IMG/VR virus record: IMGVR_UViG_2824233761_000002
Span: 7,054-71,053 of that record
Strand: one strand, 5' to 3'
Source: a virus
Taxonomy: Duplodnaviria > Caudoviricetes
DNA length: 64,000 nt
This document shows, piece by piece, positions 27,219 through 36,337 of this stretch (positions within the stretch are counted from its first letter, which is position 1; each line of letters starts with the position of its first letter). The notes under the pieces were generated by a model. The model did not search any database. It was given only the letters and a program-made list of their open reading frames with translations, and was not told the origin of the DNA. Made by a program: the position numbers and the translations under genes.

Positions 27219-28811
27219 GTGACCCACGACGGACCACCACCCCGTCACCTCCACCCAGTGGACCCACCGTTCGACCCCGACTACGACGGCCGCCGCGCCC
27301 CCCAAGACCTCGGAGCCGAACGCGCCATCCTCGCTGCCCTCCTCGCCCCCACCCGCGACCACGAAACCCACCCCGGCGAGCTCCTCGCCACCGAACTCGA
27401 CCCCGACGACTTCTACCTCCCCGAACACCAGCTCATCTGGGAGACCTGGCACCAACTCCACACCCGCGACGGCGTCCCACCCGACTCCGTCCTCCTCAAC
27501 GAAGCCATCGTCCGCACCCGCGACGTCAAAGCCATCCGCGCCCTCACCGACATCGTCGCCGACCGCGCACGCGACCTCCCCAACGACACCCTCGCGCCCC
27601 AGCACGCCCGCATCGTCCGCGACACCGCACGCCTCCGCGACGTCGACGAACTCGCCACCGGCCTCCGCCAGATCGTCAACAACGCCCGCATCGACCAGAT
27701 CGACGCCTACCTCGGCGAAGCACTCCAACGCCTCGACCAGACCGTCATGCGGTTCGGCGCCACCACCACCAGCGCCGCCTCCGGCTACAAAGACCTCTCC
27801 TGGGTCCTCACCGGCCAAGCACCCGAGATCGAACCACCCCGCTGGGTCCGACACGACGCCGGCCACGCCCTCTTCTACGCCGGCAAGGTCAACGGCGTCT
27901 TCGGCGACCCCGAGACCGCCAAGACCTGGCTCGCACAGTGCGCCATCGTCGAAGCCCTCAACACCGGCGGCACCGCCGCCATGGTCGACGTCGACCACAA
28001 CGGCGAGAACCACACCGCCGCACGCCTCCTCCTCCTCGGCGCCCACCCCGAAGCCATCGCAGACGGCACCCGCTTCCGCTACTACGACCCCGAAGACGGC
28101 GACCAGCTCCGCAACGCCATCACCGAGATCACCACCAACGCCCCCGACGTGTTCCTCCTCGACTCCCTCGGCGAGGTATTCCCCATGCTCGGCCTCAACT
28201 CCAACGACGGCGACGAACTCACCGGCGGCCTCCGCCTCATCTCCCGCCCCGCCGACGCCGGCACCTGCGTCATCTTCATCGACCACCTCCCCAAGTCCAC
28301 CGAAGCCCGCGCCACCGGCTTCGCCATCGGCTCAATCGCCAAGAAGCGCGCCGTCCGCGGCTCCTACATCCGCGCCGAAGAACGCATCAAGCCCGCCCCC
28401 GGCCAGGTCGGCAAGATCAGCCTCTTCGTCGAGAAGGACACCGCCGGCGAGCTCCGCAAGCAGATCCCCGGCGGGAAGTACCTCGGCACCTTCGTCCTCG
28501 ACTCCCGCGAACCCCACGTCAGCCGCTGGGCCGTCGTACGCGAAGACGCCCCCACCGACGCCGACGGCCACAAGCGCTACACCCGCGTCATGGAGCGCAT
28601 CTCGCGCTACGTCGAGGACAACGACCAGTGCACCGGCAACGAGATCAAGGACGCGATCGGCGGCAAGCCGACCATCGTCGCCGAAGCCATCAAGACCCTC
28701 GTCTCAGAGGGCTTCGTCTCCGTCATGAAGGGCCGCAACCGCAGCCACCTCCACCACTCCATCGCCCACTACCGAGAGGCCGAGGACGACCATGTCCAGC
28801 ACCACGACTGA
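27219..28811 (+). CDS. Replication helicase: DnaB-like N-domain plus RecA-like AAA domain
   Basis: AERAILAALL, DDFYLPEHQLIWE; Walker A-like GDPETAKT; Walker B FLLDS; C-terminal winged helix. Confidence 0.8.
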   Translation: MTHDGPPPRHLHPVDPPFDPDYDGRRAPQDLGAERAILAALLAPTRDHETHPGELLATELDPDDFYLPEHQLIWETWHQLHTRDGVPPDSVLLNEAIVRTRDVKAIRALTDIVADRARDLPNDTLAPQHARIVRDTARLRDVDELATGLRQIVNNARIDQIDAYLGEALQRLDQTVMRFGATTTSAASGYKDLSWVLTGQAPEIEPPRWVRHDAGHALFYAGKVNGVFGDPETAKTWLAQCAIVEALNTGGTAAMVDVDHNGENHTAARLLLLGAHPEAIADGTRFRYYDPEDGDQLRNAITEITTNAPDVFLLDSLGEVFPMLGLNSNDGDELTGGLRLISRPADAGTCVIFIDHLPKSTEARATGFAIGSIAKKRAVRGSYIRAEERIKPAPGQVGKISLFVEKDTAGELRKQIPGGKYLGTFVLDSREPHVSRWAVVREDAPTDADGHKRYTRVMERISRYVEDNDQCTGNEIKDAIGGKPTIVAEAIKTLVSEGFVSVMKGRNRSHLHHSIAHYREAEDDHVQHHD

Positions 28812-28834
28812 CCACCTCGACGCCACCCTCTCAG

Positions 28835-28980
28835 GTGGTTCCCTCAGTGGTTCCCCAAGTGGTTCCCTAACCGGTCCCAGGGCATCCAGCGAGCAAGTGG
28901 TTCCCCGGTTCCCCTCTCCTCCGGAGGGGAACCACTTGCGAGCCCTCCGCGCGAGTGGTTCCCGTCGGCACGGGAACCGC
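28835..28980. repeat. Iteron array, putative phage replication origin
   Basis: GTGGTTCCC at 28835, 28847, 28859 (12-bp period), 28897 and 28955; inverted copy at 28927; 14-bp IR GCAAGTGGTTCCCC/GGGGAACCACTTGC. Confidence 0.75.
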
Positions 28981-29027
28981 CGGGACTCACTGCTCCGTGA
29001 GGGCGCGATCGGCCGCAAGGACGGTGC

Positions 29028-29726
29028 GTGATGGTCGGCGCCCTCAAGGACGGGCCGTGCTCGTCGCGTGCTCATGGTCAGGCCGCGCCCGGCGGCGGGC
29101 CGTGCCCGCTGTGTGGCCGGCCTCGGTGCTCGGCGGCGGCGAAGACTCGGGCTGGTGAGCGGTGTCGGAAGAACCCGCACCCGGGCGCGTCGATCTGCAC
29201 GAACCATGGGCTGACTGCTGCTGGTCGGGCGAAGGCGGCGGAGCGGCGGACGGAGGCGGCTGCGGAGGAGCTGCGGTCGCGGCTGATCTGGAACACCAGC
29301 GCGGCGCCAGTCAGCGACCCGATCGGGGAGTTGCAGCTGCTGGCCGGGCAGATGCGTCAGGCGGTGGATCTGCTCGGCGCGATGCTCGGTCCGGGTGACC
29401 CGTGCGAGTCGTGTGGGCGTGGGCCGTTGCCGTTGGACTCGCCGGCGGGTGTCGCGTGGTTGAAGCAGCAGCGTGAGCTGCGTGGGGTGTTGGAGGCGAT
29501 GGGTCGTTTGGGGATCGCCAGCCGTGCTGTGGAGGTGCAGCAGGGTCAGGCGGATCTGGTGTTGGGGTGGTTGCGGGATGCGCTCGAGGCGGGCCGCGGC
29601 ATGCCGGCCGGGAGCACGCCGGCGCAGGTGGTGGAGGTGGTGCTGGCTGCGTTCGTCGACGCAATGCGCCGCGGCCGCGGCGGGTCGGTCATCGCGGGCG
29701 AGCTCGACCAAGGGACCGCGTCGTGA
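29028..29726 (+). CDS. Zn-finger (HGGxSTG-like) protein, possible terminase small subunit
   Basis: RCSAAAKTRAGERCRKNP...CTNHG followed by helical domain. Confidence 0.6.
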   Translation: MMVGALKDGPCSSRAHGQAAPGGGPCPLCGRPRCSAAAKTRAGERCRKNPHPGASICTNHGLTAAGRAKAAERRTEAAAEELRSRLIWNTSAAPVSDPIGELQLLAGQMRQAVDLLGAMLGPGDPCESCGRGPLPLDSPAGVAWLKQQRELRGVLEAMGRLGIASRAVEVQQGQADLVLGWLRDALEAGRGMPAGSTPAQVVEVVLAAFVDAMRRGRGGSVIAGELDQGTAS

Positions 29727-29887
29727 CCCGGCCGTTGACCGCGCGCCGGGTCCGCCGGGCTCGGCGGCTCATCGCCCGCGAGGCATGCCCAGCCCGCTGG
29801 GGCATCCGCCACCGCTGGGGTGGCATGTCCGGCCTCTCGGGTGCCGGGCTGTTCGTCAGGTGCCGGAACTGCGGGGAGGTCGAGTAG
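29723..29887 (+). CDS. Small hypothetical protein
   Basis: Coupled at both ends; CRNCG end. Confidence 0.45.
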   Translation: MTRPLTARRVRRARRLIAREACPARWGIRHRWGGMSGLSGAGLFVRCRNCGEVE

Positions 29888-30471
29888 TGGCGCTCTCCGG
29901 CTTCCGCGCCCAGGCGCATCCGCAGCAGACCTCGCGACGCTGGCCGGCCGACGTCGACGAAGTGGACGACCGCGCGACGCACCCGCTCGACTTCGCCGAC
30001 TTCAGCGACCGGTACGGGCCGTTCACGGTCGACGTCGCCGCCGCGGCCCACAACACGAAGTGCGACCGCTACTGGACCCGCAAGGACGACGGCACCGCTC
30101 AGGACTGGTCCGGAGAGCGCGTCTGGTGCAACCCGCCCTACTCCGACATCGCGCCGTGGATCCGGAAGGCATGGGCGTGCTGGGCGTCGACGTCGGGGAT
30201 CACGATGCTGCTGCCGGCGAACCGGACCGAGCAGTCGTGGTGGCAGCTGATGGTCGAGCCGTACCGCGACCGGCCCGGGTCTCCGCTGCGGTGCGAGTTC
30301 CTGCCCGGCCGGATGAGGTTCCTCAAGCCCGGGCAGACCGCCGTCGGGCCGAACCAGCGGCCGCCGTTCGGGTGCGTGCTCCTGGTCTGGGACGCCGGCG
30401 TCAACGCCACGCTCACGTACTCGGCCGACCGGATCCCGGCCGGCGGCCTGTTCGAGGAGGCCACGTCATGA
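29887..30471 (+). CDS. Phage N6-adenine DNA methyltransferase
   Basis: FTVDVAA, DDG..QDW, VWCNPPYS, LLPANRTEQSWW. Confidence 0.9.
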   Translation: MALSGFRAQAHPQQTSRRWPADVDEVDDRATHPLDFADFSDRYGPFTVDVAAAAHNTKCDRYWTRKDDGTAQDWSGERVWCNPPYSDIAPWIRKAWACWASTSGITMLLPANRTEQSWWQLMVEPYRDRPGSPLRCEFLPGRMRFLKPGQTAVGPNQRPPFGCVLLVWDAGVNATLTYSADRIPAGGLFEEATS

Positions 30472-30767
30472 GCCGCCCCCTGCCGGTGTGCCCGGCGTAC
30501 GACGTCTGGGGCGGCTACCGGCTCCGGTGCGTTCTTCCGGTCGGCCACGACGGCGACCACCTGGCGTCCGAGCTCGAGCCCGTCCTTAGTGGGGCCAGCG
30601 CTGACACTGGCCCTACCGAGACGGCTGCGGGGCCGGACGTCCGCACAGAGGCTTCGGTAGGGCCGCGCACTTCTCTCTCCTCCGGTGTCAGCGCCGAAGG
30701 TCCGTCGATGTTACCGGGCGCGAGACAGTCGCGGCTCGGACAGGTCCGCGACGGGAGTGGCGTCTGA
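30468..30767 (+). CDS. Hypothetical protein
   Basis: ATGA/TGATG coupling; C..CVLPVGHDGDH motif. Confidence 0.45.
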   Translation: MSRPLPVCPAYDVWGGYRLRCVLPVGHDGDHLASELEPVLSGASADTGPTETAAGPDVRTEASVGPRTSLSSGVSAEGPSMLPGARQSRLGQVRDGSGV

Positions 30768-31147
30768 TGCCGATCCGTCCTGAGAACCGCGGCCGCTACC
30801 CCGCCGACTGGCCCGCGATCAGCCAGGCGATCAAGGACCGCGCCGGCTGGCGGTGCGAGTGCACCGGCGAGTGCGGCCGCCCCTACCTGCACCTCGACAC
30901 CGACGACCGCTGCCGGAACCGGCACGGCGAGCCGGCGTACGGCACCGGCTCCCGCGTGGTGCTCACCACGGCGCACCTCGACCACACGCCGGAGAACTGC
31001 GACCCCGGCAACCTGCGGGCGATGTGCCAGGGGTGCCACCTGCACTACGACCGCGCTCACCACGCCCAGACCCGCGCGGCGACACGTCGCGCCGAGGCCG
31101 CCGCGCTGGCCGGCCTGTTCGACCTCGACGTCCAGGAGACCCCGTGA
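30767..31147 (+). CDS. HNH-like zinc-binding endonuclease
   Basis: RAGWRCEC, VLTTAHLDH..ENC...NLRAMCQGCHLHYD. Confidence 0.8.
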   Translation: MPIRPENRGRYPADWPAISQAIKDRAGWRCECTGECGRPYLHLDTDDRCRNRHGEPAYGTGSRVVLTTAHLDHTPENCDPGNLRAMCQGCHLHYDRAHHAQTRAATRRAEAAALAGLFDLDVQETP

Positions 31148-31409
31148 CTCACCCCAGGCCCAGCAGCCGCAGCAGGGCTGCGACGACACTCCCAGCGAAC
31201 TCCGCTCGGTCTATCCACCGCTCGAGCTTCCTCACGGTCCGGGGGCTCTCCGGGCTGTTGTGCGGGATCCACTCCGCTACTCGGGTGGCGAACAGGTACA
31301 GGTCGGCGCGTGCACGTCGTATGGTCACGCATCTCGGGTGTGCGGCGTGGACCCGGTGGGCTGACGACGAGGCTCAGTGGACTAGTCCGGTTCGCGCGGC
31401 GGTGACCCG

Positions 31410-31938
31410 ATGAAGGCGTTGACGGTGCAGCAGCCGTGGGCGTGGGCGATCGTGCACGGCGGGAAGGACGTCGAGAACCGGACTCAAGCGTGGTCGTATC
31501 GGGGCCTGCTCGCCATCCACGCCGGTGCGCGCTGGTCCGATCGAGGCGGACGCTCAGGGCTCGTGTGGGACGCGCTGCGGGACCCGCTACGGCTGGCCGA
31601 CCGGGGCGGTCACTGCGCGTGACGACCGGCGGCCCGGGTTCGACGTGATCCGCCCACTTGGCGCGATCATCGGCGTGGTCGACTTGGTCGGCGTGCACGC
31701 AGCGCAGTCGGTCGCCCGCTGGCCTGAACAGCCCGCCTGCTGTGACTCGCGGTGGGCCGAGACGTCGTACGCCGAGCACGGCGGCCGCACCCGCCGCGAC
31801 GTCGTGCACCTGGTGCTGGAGAACCCGCGGCCGCTCCCCGAGCCGATCCCGTGCAAGGGCCGGCTCGGGCTGTGGACGCCGCCGGCCGATGTGCTGGCGC
31901 AGCTGCTCGCTGACGCCGGATGGGAGCGCACCGAATGA
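31410..31938 (+). pseudogene. ASCH-domain protein, frameshifted
   Basis: MKALTVQQPWAWAIVHGGKDVENR...AIHAG stops at 31622; PLGAIIGVVDL...LENPRPLPEPIPCKGRLGLW continues in another frame to 31938. Confidence 0.7.
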
Positions 31939-32120
31939 GCGGCACCGCCGACCCGCACGAGCCTCCCCCGCTGCCCGCTTTCCAGTGGCGGGTGACCCGC
32001 ACACCGTCGGTCGTCAGGTCGGGTGGGCCGGAACGGATCTACGACCAGGCGGCCGCGGATCCCGCCTACGAGACGCCGCGGGTCCGGGGGTTCTCGGTCG
32101 CCGACGTCGACCCAAGCATG
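31935..32120 (+). pseudogene. Small early gene apparently interrupted by the antisense cassette
   Basis: Coupled ATG at 31935; phage-like codons until ~32120, then reads antisense through the cassette to 32831. Confidence 0.35.
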
Positions 32121-32127
32121 ACCCTGC

Positions 32128-32292
32128 TTAGACGAGGTGTCCTCTGCCCTCGATGTGCCCCGAGCACTTTGGGTTGGTGCACACACGCTGCTCACCGAAC
32201 GACTGCTCACGCTCAGCCATCTTCCGTGGCCGGGCGACCTGGTCGATCCGCACGGGTTTGCCGCAGAGCCCGCACGGCCTGTCGTCGCTCAT
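32128..32292 (-). CDS. 54-aa zinc-ribbon protein
   Basis: MSDDRPCGLCG...CTNPKC; ATGA coupling to the upstream bactofilin-like gene. Confidence 0.6.
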   Translation of the reverse strand: MSDDRPCGLCGKPVRIDQVARPRKMAEREQSFGEQRVCTNPKCSGHIEGRGHLV

Positions 32293-32783
32293 CGCTGACC
32301 GGCTTCGATGTCGGCCTGCATCTGAGCCTGGGGGACGAATCTCCGTTGCTCGGAAACCCAGATGCACAGCCTGTTGCTGTCGACCGTCAGGTCTCCGCCA
32401 CGTACGAACGACTCAAGGGATCCGTCCTCGTGCACGACCTTGGAGTGCTCAACCAGCGAGCCGACCGCAACGGCAAAGGTTCCCATGTCGTCCAACTGGG
32501 AGAACGCGACCCCGGTTACGCCCGCCACCATGATGACGCCGTCGTTGGAGACGTCTCCAGGCTCGAAGGCCCCGTTGACGCTGAGCACGGCGTCATCCTC
32601 GACGACCAGGCGCCCTGCGAACGCGCCGTTCACGGTGAGGGCTGCTCCGCCGTGGATCGTCGCACCGCGCACACCGCCGTTGACCGTGACCGATCTGGTG
32701 ACGTCCAGATTCTCGAACTCGCCGTAGAGATCGCCAGCGCTCATCTCGCCGCCCTTCCTCCTCGTGCGACCCGACTGCCGCAT
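32289..32783 (-). CDS. Bactofilin-like / beta-solenoid protein (alternative start 32744)
   Basis: Repeats VTVNGGV, LTVNGAF, LSVNGAF, VSNDGVI; leaderless ATG 7 nt after the -10 box. Confidence 0.6.
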   Translation of the reverse strand: MRQSGRTRRKGGEMSAGDLYGEFENLDVTRSVTVNGGVRGATIHGGAALTVNGAFAGRLVVEDDAVLSVNGAFEPGDVSNDGVIMVAGVTGVAFSQLDDMGTFAVAVGSLVEHSKVVHEDGSLESFVRGGDLTVDSNRLCIWVSEQRRFVPQAQMQADIEAGQR

Positions 32784-32790
32784 CCACCCG

Positions 32791-32812
32791 ACCGTAGCCA
32801 CGCTCGCCGACA
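32791..32812 (-). promoter_or_regulatory. PafBC-type (RecA-NDp) DNA-damage promoter
   Basis: Minus strand TGTCGG-cgagcgtggc-TACGGT, 7 nt before the ATG at 32783. Confidence 0.75.
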
Positions 32813-32827
32813 GCCGCAGGAGAACCG

Positions 32828-33070
32828 ATGACCCTGCCCGCCACCTGCCGGCACGCCGACACCGTCCCGGTCGAGGTCCGTGACTCGCTCGACGCCGGCA
32901 CCGTGCCCACCACCGTGCCCACCACCGTGGTCGCGCACATCTGCCGTGGCTGCCACGAGACCCTCCCCGCGGCGTGGGGCTGCACGGACTGCTCGTGGGT
33001 CGAGGAACGCGCGATGTGCGAACCGGTGCCGCGGCTGCTGCTCGCCCACCCCTGCCAGGAGCACGCATGA
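32828..33070 (+). CDS. Zinc-binding hypothetical protein
   Basis: RBS AGGAG; CRH, CRGCH and CTDC motifs. Confidence 0.55.
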   Translation: MTLPATCRHADTVPVEVRDSLDAGTVPTTVPTTVVAHICRGCHETLPAAWGCTDCSWVEERAMCEPVPRLLLAHPCQEHA

Positions 33071-33291
33071 CCGAGATGTCCGACGAGCTCCGCGCCGCCG
33101 TGCAGGCCGCGCTGCGGCGGCAGGCCGACGACCTCGTCCGCCGAGCGTACGCAGCAGCACCGATCCGGCCCATGCCCGGCTGCGTCCTCCCCGAGCCGGA
33201 CGCCGACGGCGTGTACCGCATCACCAACCTGCCGCACCACCCACGCAAGCCCGAGACCGGCACCAGCTCGACCTTGGAGGGACCCGCGTGA
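33067..33291 (+). CDS. Hypothetical protein
   Basis: ATGA coupling. Confidence 0.5.
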   Translation: MTEMSDELRAAVQAALRRQADDLVRRAYAAAPIRPMPGCVLPEPDADGVYRITNLPHHPRKPETGTSSTLEGPA

Positions 33292-34856
33292 CCACCCGCC
33301 ACACCCCGGCAACCAGCACCGGCGACCGGACGACCCCGGCCTGCCACTACGACCGCGAGACGAAGACCCGCGTCATCCGCGTCCGCCGCCCCGACGACCA
33401 GGGCGCCGACCCCGACGAACTCATCCCCTGCGAACAGCCGCACTGCGTCATCTGCCAGCGCGAACACACCACCCACGCCCAACCCCTCACCTGCCCCACC
33501 TGCATCGGCGAGGTCAGGCGCGACCTCGAGGACATCCGCTGGCTCGCCCGCCACCTCCGCTGGCAGGCCGCACGCGGCGACGGGCTCGCGGTCCCCTCCG
33601 CTCGGATCCCCGGCGGCGACGCCATGGTCGTCATGGCCCGCGCCGGCGCCGACGGGCCCGACCTCATCTGGTCCCCCGACCTCAACGAGACCCACCGCCC
33701 CGACGACGTGGTCCCCCTGCTGCTCCCACTGGTCAGCTGGGAGCACCAGTGGCGCGCCCACTTCGGCCACACCGCCAGGTCCACGGACCGGGCGCCGGTC
33801 ACCGCGATCACCCACTACCTCGCCGACCACCTCAACGACATGGCCCAAGCCGGCGCCCACGGCACCGCGGCGGGCCCGGACTGGCCCGGGTTCGCCGCCG
33901 ACATCACCGCGCTGCGCCGCCAGCTCGAGGCGATCCTCCACGACGAGCACGAGCCCGACCGCGGCGTGCCGTGCTTCGAGTGCGACCGCCCCCTGGTCCG
34001 CCGCTTCGGCGACCCGCGGCCGTGCCGCCACACCACGCCCGCCCGGGCGCACCTGGTCGCAGTGGAGGCCCGGGCCGCGGCCGGCCGCGCCATCCTCGCG
34101 GCGATCGCGTCGTACCCCGAGCTCCGCGGCCGCGACTATCCCCACGGCTGGACCCCTCACGAGCTCGCCGCCGCTCGGCCGCCGTCCACCGCGGAGATCT
34201 CCGCGGCCCGCCGGCCGTGCGACGCCTGCGCTGGCCGCGGCCAGGGCGGCATCGAGGACCCCAGCGTGGGCCAGTCCTGGGAGTGCCTGGGGTGCCGGCG
34301 CCGGTACACGCCCGGCGAGTACGCCCACGCGGTACGCCGCCACCTCCTCACCTCGGGCCCGAACGGCGACGGGTGGACCCACATCACGATGGCCGCGGAG
34401 GCGGCGTCGACGCAGACCGGTGCGGTGATCGCGCCGGGCACGGTGCGGAAGTGGATGGACACCGGGAAGGTCCGGGCGTGCTGTCGCTGGTCGTCCACGG
34501 TGGACGGGAAGAGCACTGGGCGGGTGCCGGCGTACGACGAGCCCGCCGGCCGTGGCCATGCCGCGGTCGTGCGGGCGTTCGCCGGGCGGGTGCAGTCGGT
34601 CCGTGGTCTTGCGCTGGTCTACTGGCCCGACGTGGCCGACCGTGCAGCGGATCTCGTCGTACGGCAGGCCGAGGTCGAGCGGGCCCGGCGTGAGCGGGCG
34701 GAGCAGGCGCGGCGGTTCTACGCAGCGCTGGCCGCGAAGGGCATCACCAAGACCAAGCCGGCGCTCGCGCTGGGGAAGAGCATGGGCATCCACCCGAACC
34801 GCGTGCGAGCATTCCTCGACGAGCTCGACGCGGCCCGCGAGAAGGAGACGGCATGA
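33288..34856 (+). CDS. Putative late-gene transcriptional regulator (multi Zn-ribbon plus HTH)
   Basis: CVIC, CPTC, CFEC, CDAC and CLGC motifs; APGTVRKWMDTGKV HTH; last large gene before the packaging module. Confidence 0.6.
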   Translation: MTTRHTPATSTGDRTTPACHYDRETKTRVIRVRRPDDQGADPDELIPCEQPHCVICQREHTTHAQPLTCPTCIGEVRRDLEDIRWLARHLRWQAARGDGLAVPSARIPGGDAMVVMARAGADGPDLIWSPDLNETHRPDDVVPLLLPLVSWEHQWRAHFGHTARSTDRAPVTAITHYLADHLNDMAQAGAHGTAAGPDWPGFAADITALRRQLEAILHDEHEPDRGVPCFECDRPLVRRFGDPRPCRHTTPARAHLVAVEARAAAGRAILAAIASYPELRGRDYPHGWTPHELAAARPPSTAEISAARRPCDACAGRGQGGIEDPSVGQSWECLGCRRRYTPGEYAHAVRRHLLTSGPNGDGWTHITMAAEAASTQTGAVIAPGTVRKWMDTGKVRACCRWSSTVDGKSTGRVPAYDEPAGRGHAAVVRAFAGRVQSVRGLALVYWPDVADRAADLVVRQAEVERARRERAEQARRFYAALAAKGITKTKPALALGKSMGIHPNRVRAFLDELDAAREKETA

Positions 34857-35053
34857 GCGCACCCACCCGACTGCCCCAACGGAAGCCGATCGGCACGTGC
34901 CCGGTGTGCGGCGACCCGGTGCTGTCGATCGAGGGCGAGACGGTGAAGATCGACGTGCCGCCGATCTCGCCCGACTCGCCACCGAACACCACTGCGATCC
35001 CGGGCCCGTCCCACCGGGTGTACTGGCCGTGTGGTCACCGGGAGGACCTGTGA
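34853..35053 (+). CDS. Small zinc-ribbon protein
   Basis: CPVCG...WPCGH; ATGA coupling. Confidence 0.55.
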   Translation: MSAPTRLPQRKPIGTCPVCGDPVLSIEGETVKIDVPPISPDSPPNTTAIPGPSHRVYWPCGHREDL

Positions 35054-35105
35054 CGATCGCGGATTCGTACGCCGACATCCTGCCTACTGACTGGAGCACC
35101 CGCCC

Positions 35106-35249
35106 ATGAGCGTCAACGTCATTCCCTGCGTCGTCAAGGACTGCCCCAACGAGACCGCTGGGTTCGAGGCCGGGGGTCGGTTCCTCGACCACGCCGGCAC
35201 CCGTTGGCTCTGCGCCGAACATAAGGACACGCCCCCGTCCGAGCGCTGA
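35106..35249 (+). CDS. Small Cys-containing protein
   Basis: MSVNVIPCVVKDC...WLCAEH; 47 aa. Confidence 0.4.
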   Translation: MSVNVIPCVVKDCPNETAGFEAGGRFLDHAGTRWLCAEHKDTPPSER

Positions 35250-35314
35250 CCCGGGGGGCTGCATCTCCGCTACTAGCAGTTGAGCTGGCGAGCGCCGCGA
35301 CGCACCATGGAGGC

Positions 35315-35458
35315 GTGACCCAGTCGCAGCCAGAGCAGAGGCCCGACGTCGAGCCAGTCGGCGTCGACGACGTCGAGGCGTGGCGCGACCTCCAGGACGT
35401 CCTCGAGGAACGCGACCGCGAGTACTGGGCCCGGACGTACGCCGACGACGAGTCCTAG
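35315..35458 (+). CDS. 47-aa acidic protein
   Basis: GGAGG / CACCAT upstream; MTQSQPEQRPDVEPVGVDDVEAWRDLQDVLEERDREYWARTYADDES. Confidence 0.4.
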   Translation: MTQSQPEQRPDVEPVGVDDVEAWRDLQDVLEERDREYWARTYADDES

Positions 35459-35515
35459 CAGGACCGCGTTCCTGGAACGCCTGCGGCTGTCCGTGCTCAC
35501 CGGCATCATGGCCGC

Positions 35516-36226
35516 GTGACCGGCGACATGGCTCCATGGCCCAGTACTCCGCGTCCCCGCCGCTGGCGCGTAGCGCTGGGCCTCAGCCTGGCTGCAGTCG
35601 TCGCCACAGCCGCGCTCGCCGCACTCGGCTGGTGGTGGGCCGGCACGACCCGGACCGAAATGGCCCAGTGGTTCATGGCTGGCGCCTCGATGCTGACGCT
35701 CGTCGCAGCTGTGGTCGCGGGCGTCTATGCGGCAGGTGCGTTCAGGCTGGAGAGCGATCGCGAGGAGCAGTGGTCCGTTGCTCAGCGCCGTGCACAAGCC
35801 AGGCTGATCGCGGCCTGGCCAGATAGCGTGCACCCGTATCACGAGTCGAACATCCATGACTCGGCGTCGAGTGAGCCTGCGCTGGTGTTCGTCGCATTCC
35901 GAAACGCTTCGGATCTGCCAGTCGTCCAGGTCAAGGCCGACGTCTACGTGAACGTCCGGCCCAAGTACGCCGGGCGCTACGAGGTGACGACCTACTCACT
36001 CGGCGGCGCGTCGATGCCGGTGCTCCCACCCGACCTTGAGCCGAAGCTGGTTGGGGTTCGCACCGACCGGCCTGAGGGAATGCCTCAGCGACTCGGCCTT
36101 GCTGGGGAGGTCGAGTACGACGTGACGATTGAGTTGACGTTCACCGATTCCGCCGGCGTTCGCTGGTCCCGGTCGACCGAGGGACTGCTGATCGACCTTG
36201 GCGACGCGTGGCGGGGCGTTGCTTGA
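35516..36226 (+). CDS. Accessory membrane protein (two N-terminal TMs)
   Basis: Two hydrophobic segments then soluble domain; lower-GC codon usage. Confidence 0.65.
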   Translation: MTGDMAPWPSTPRPRRWRVALGLSLAAVVATAALAALGWWWAGTTRTEMAQWFMAGASMLTLVAAVVAGVYAAGAFRLESDREEQWSVAQRRAQARLIAAWPDSVHPYHESNIHDSASSEPALVFVAFRNASDLPVVQVKADVYVNVRPKYAGRYEVTTYSLGGASMPVLPPDLEPKLVGVRTDRPEGMPQRLGLAGEVEYDVTIELTFTDSAGVRWSRSTEGLLIDLGDAWRGVA

Positions 36227-36297
36227 CAAGCGTGAACCTCTTGTTGTCTCATTCCCTCAAGAACCCGTATGCCCAGACACTGGCGCAGCGGGTTCTT
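36223..36297 (+). promoter_or_regulatory. Putative late promoter with downstream hairpin
   Basis: TTGACA at ~36224-36229; AAGAACCCG...CGGGTTCTT stem at 36259-36297, just before terL. Confidence 0.45.
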
Positions 36298-36337
36298 GTG
36301 CGTCAGGAGTAGATCACGCGAGGTAGGTGACCACCTC

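Noticed and set aside
28792-29031. 79-aa ORF between helicase and Zn-finger gene
   Set aside because: Translation is dictated by the iteron repeats (SGSLSGSPSGSL); more likely non-coding origin DNA
31144-31330. Possible minus-strand micro-gene (MTIRRARADLYLFATR...)
   Set aside because: Plausible ORF but no clear promoter or RBS and no recognisable motif; not enough support
32289-35537. 1082-aa minus-strand ORF
   Set aside because: Mostly an antisense shadow of coupled plus-strand genes; only the last ~165 codons (32289-32783) have their own promoter and a protein-like pattern
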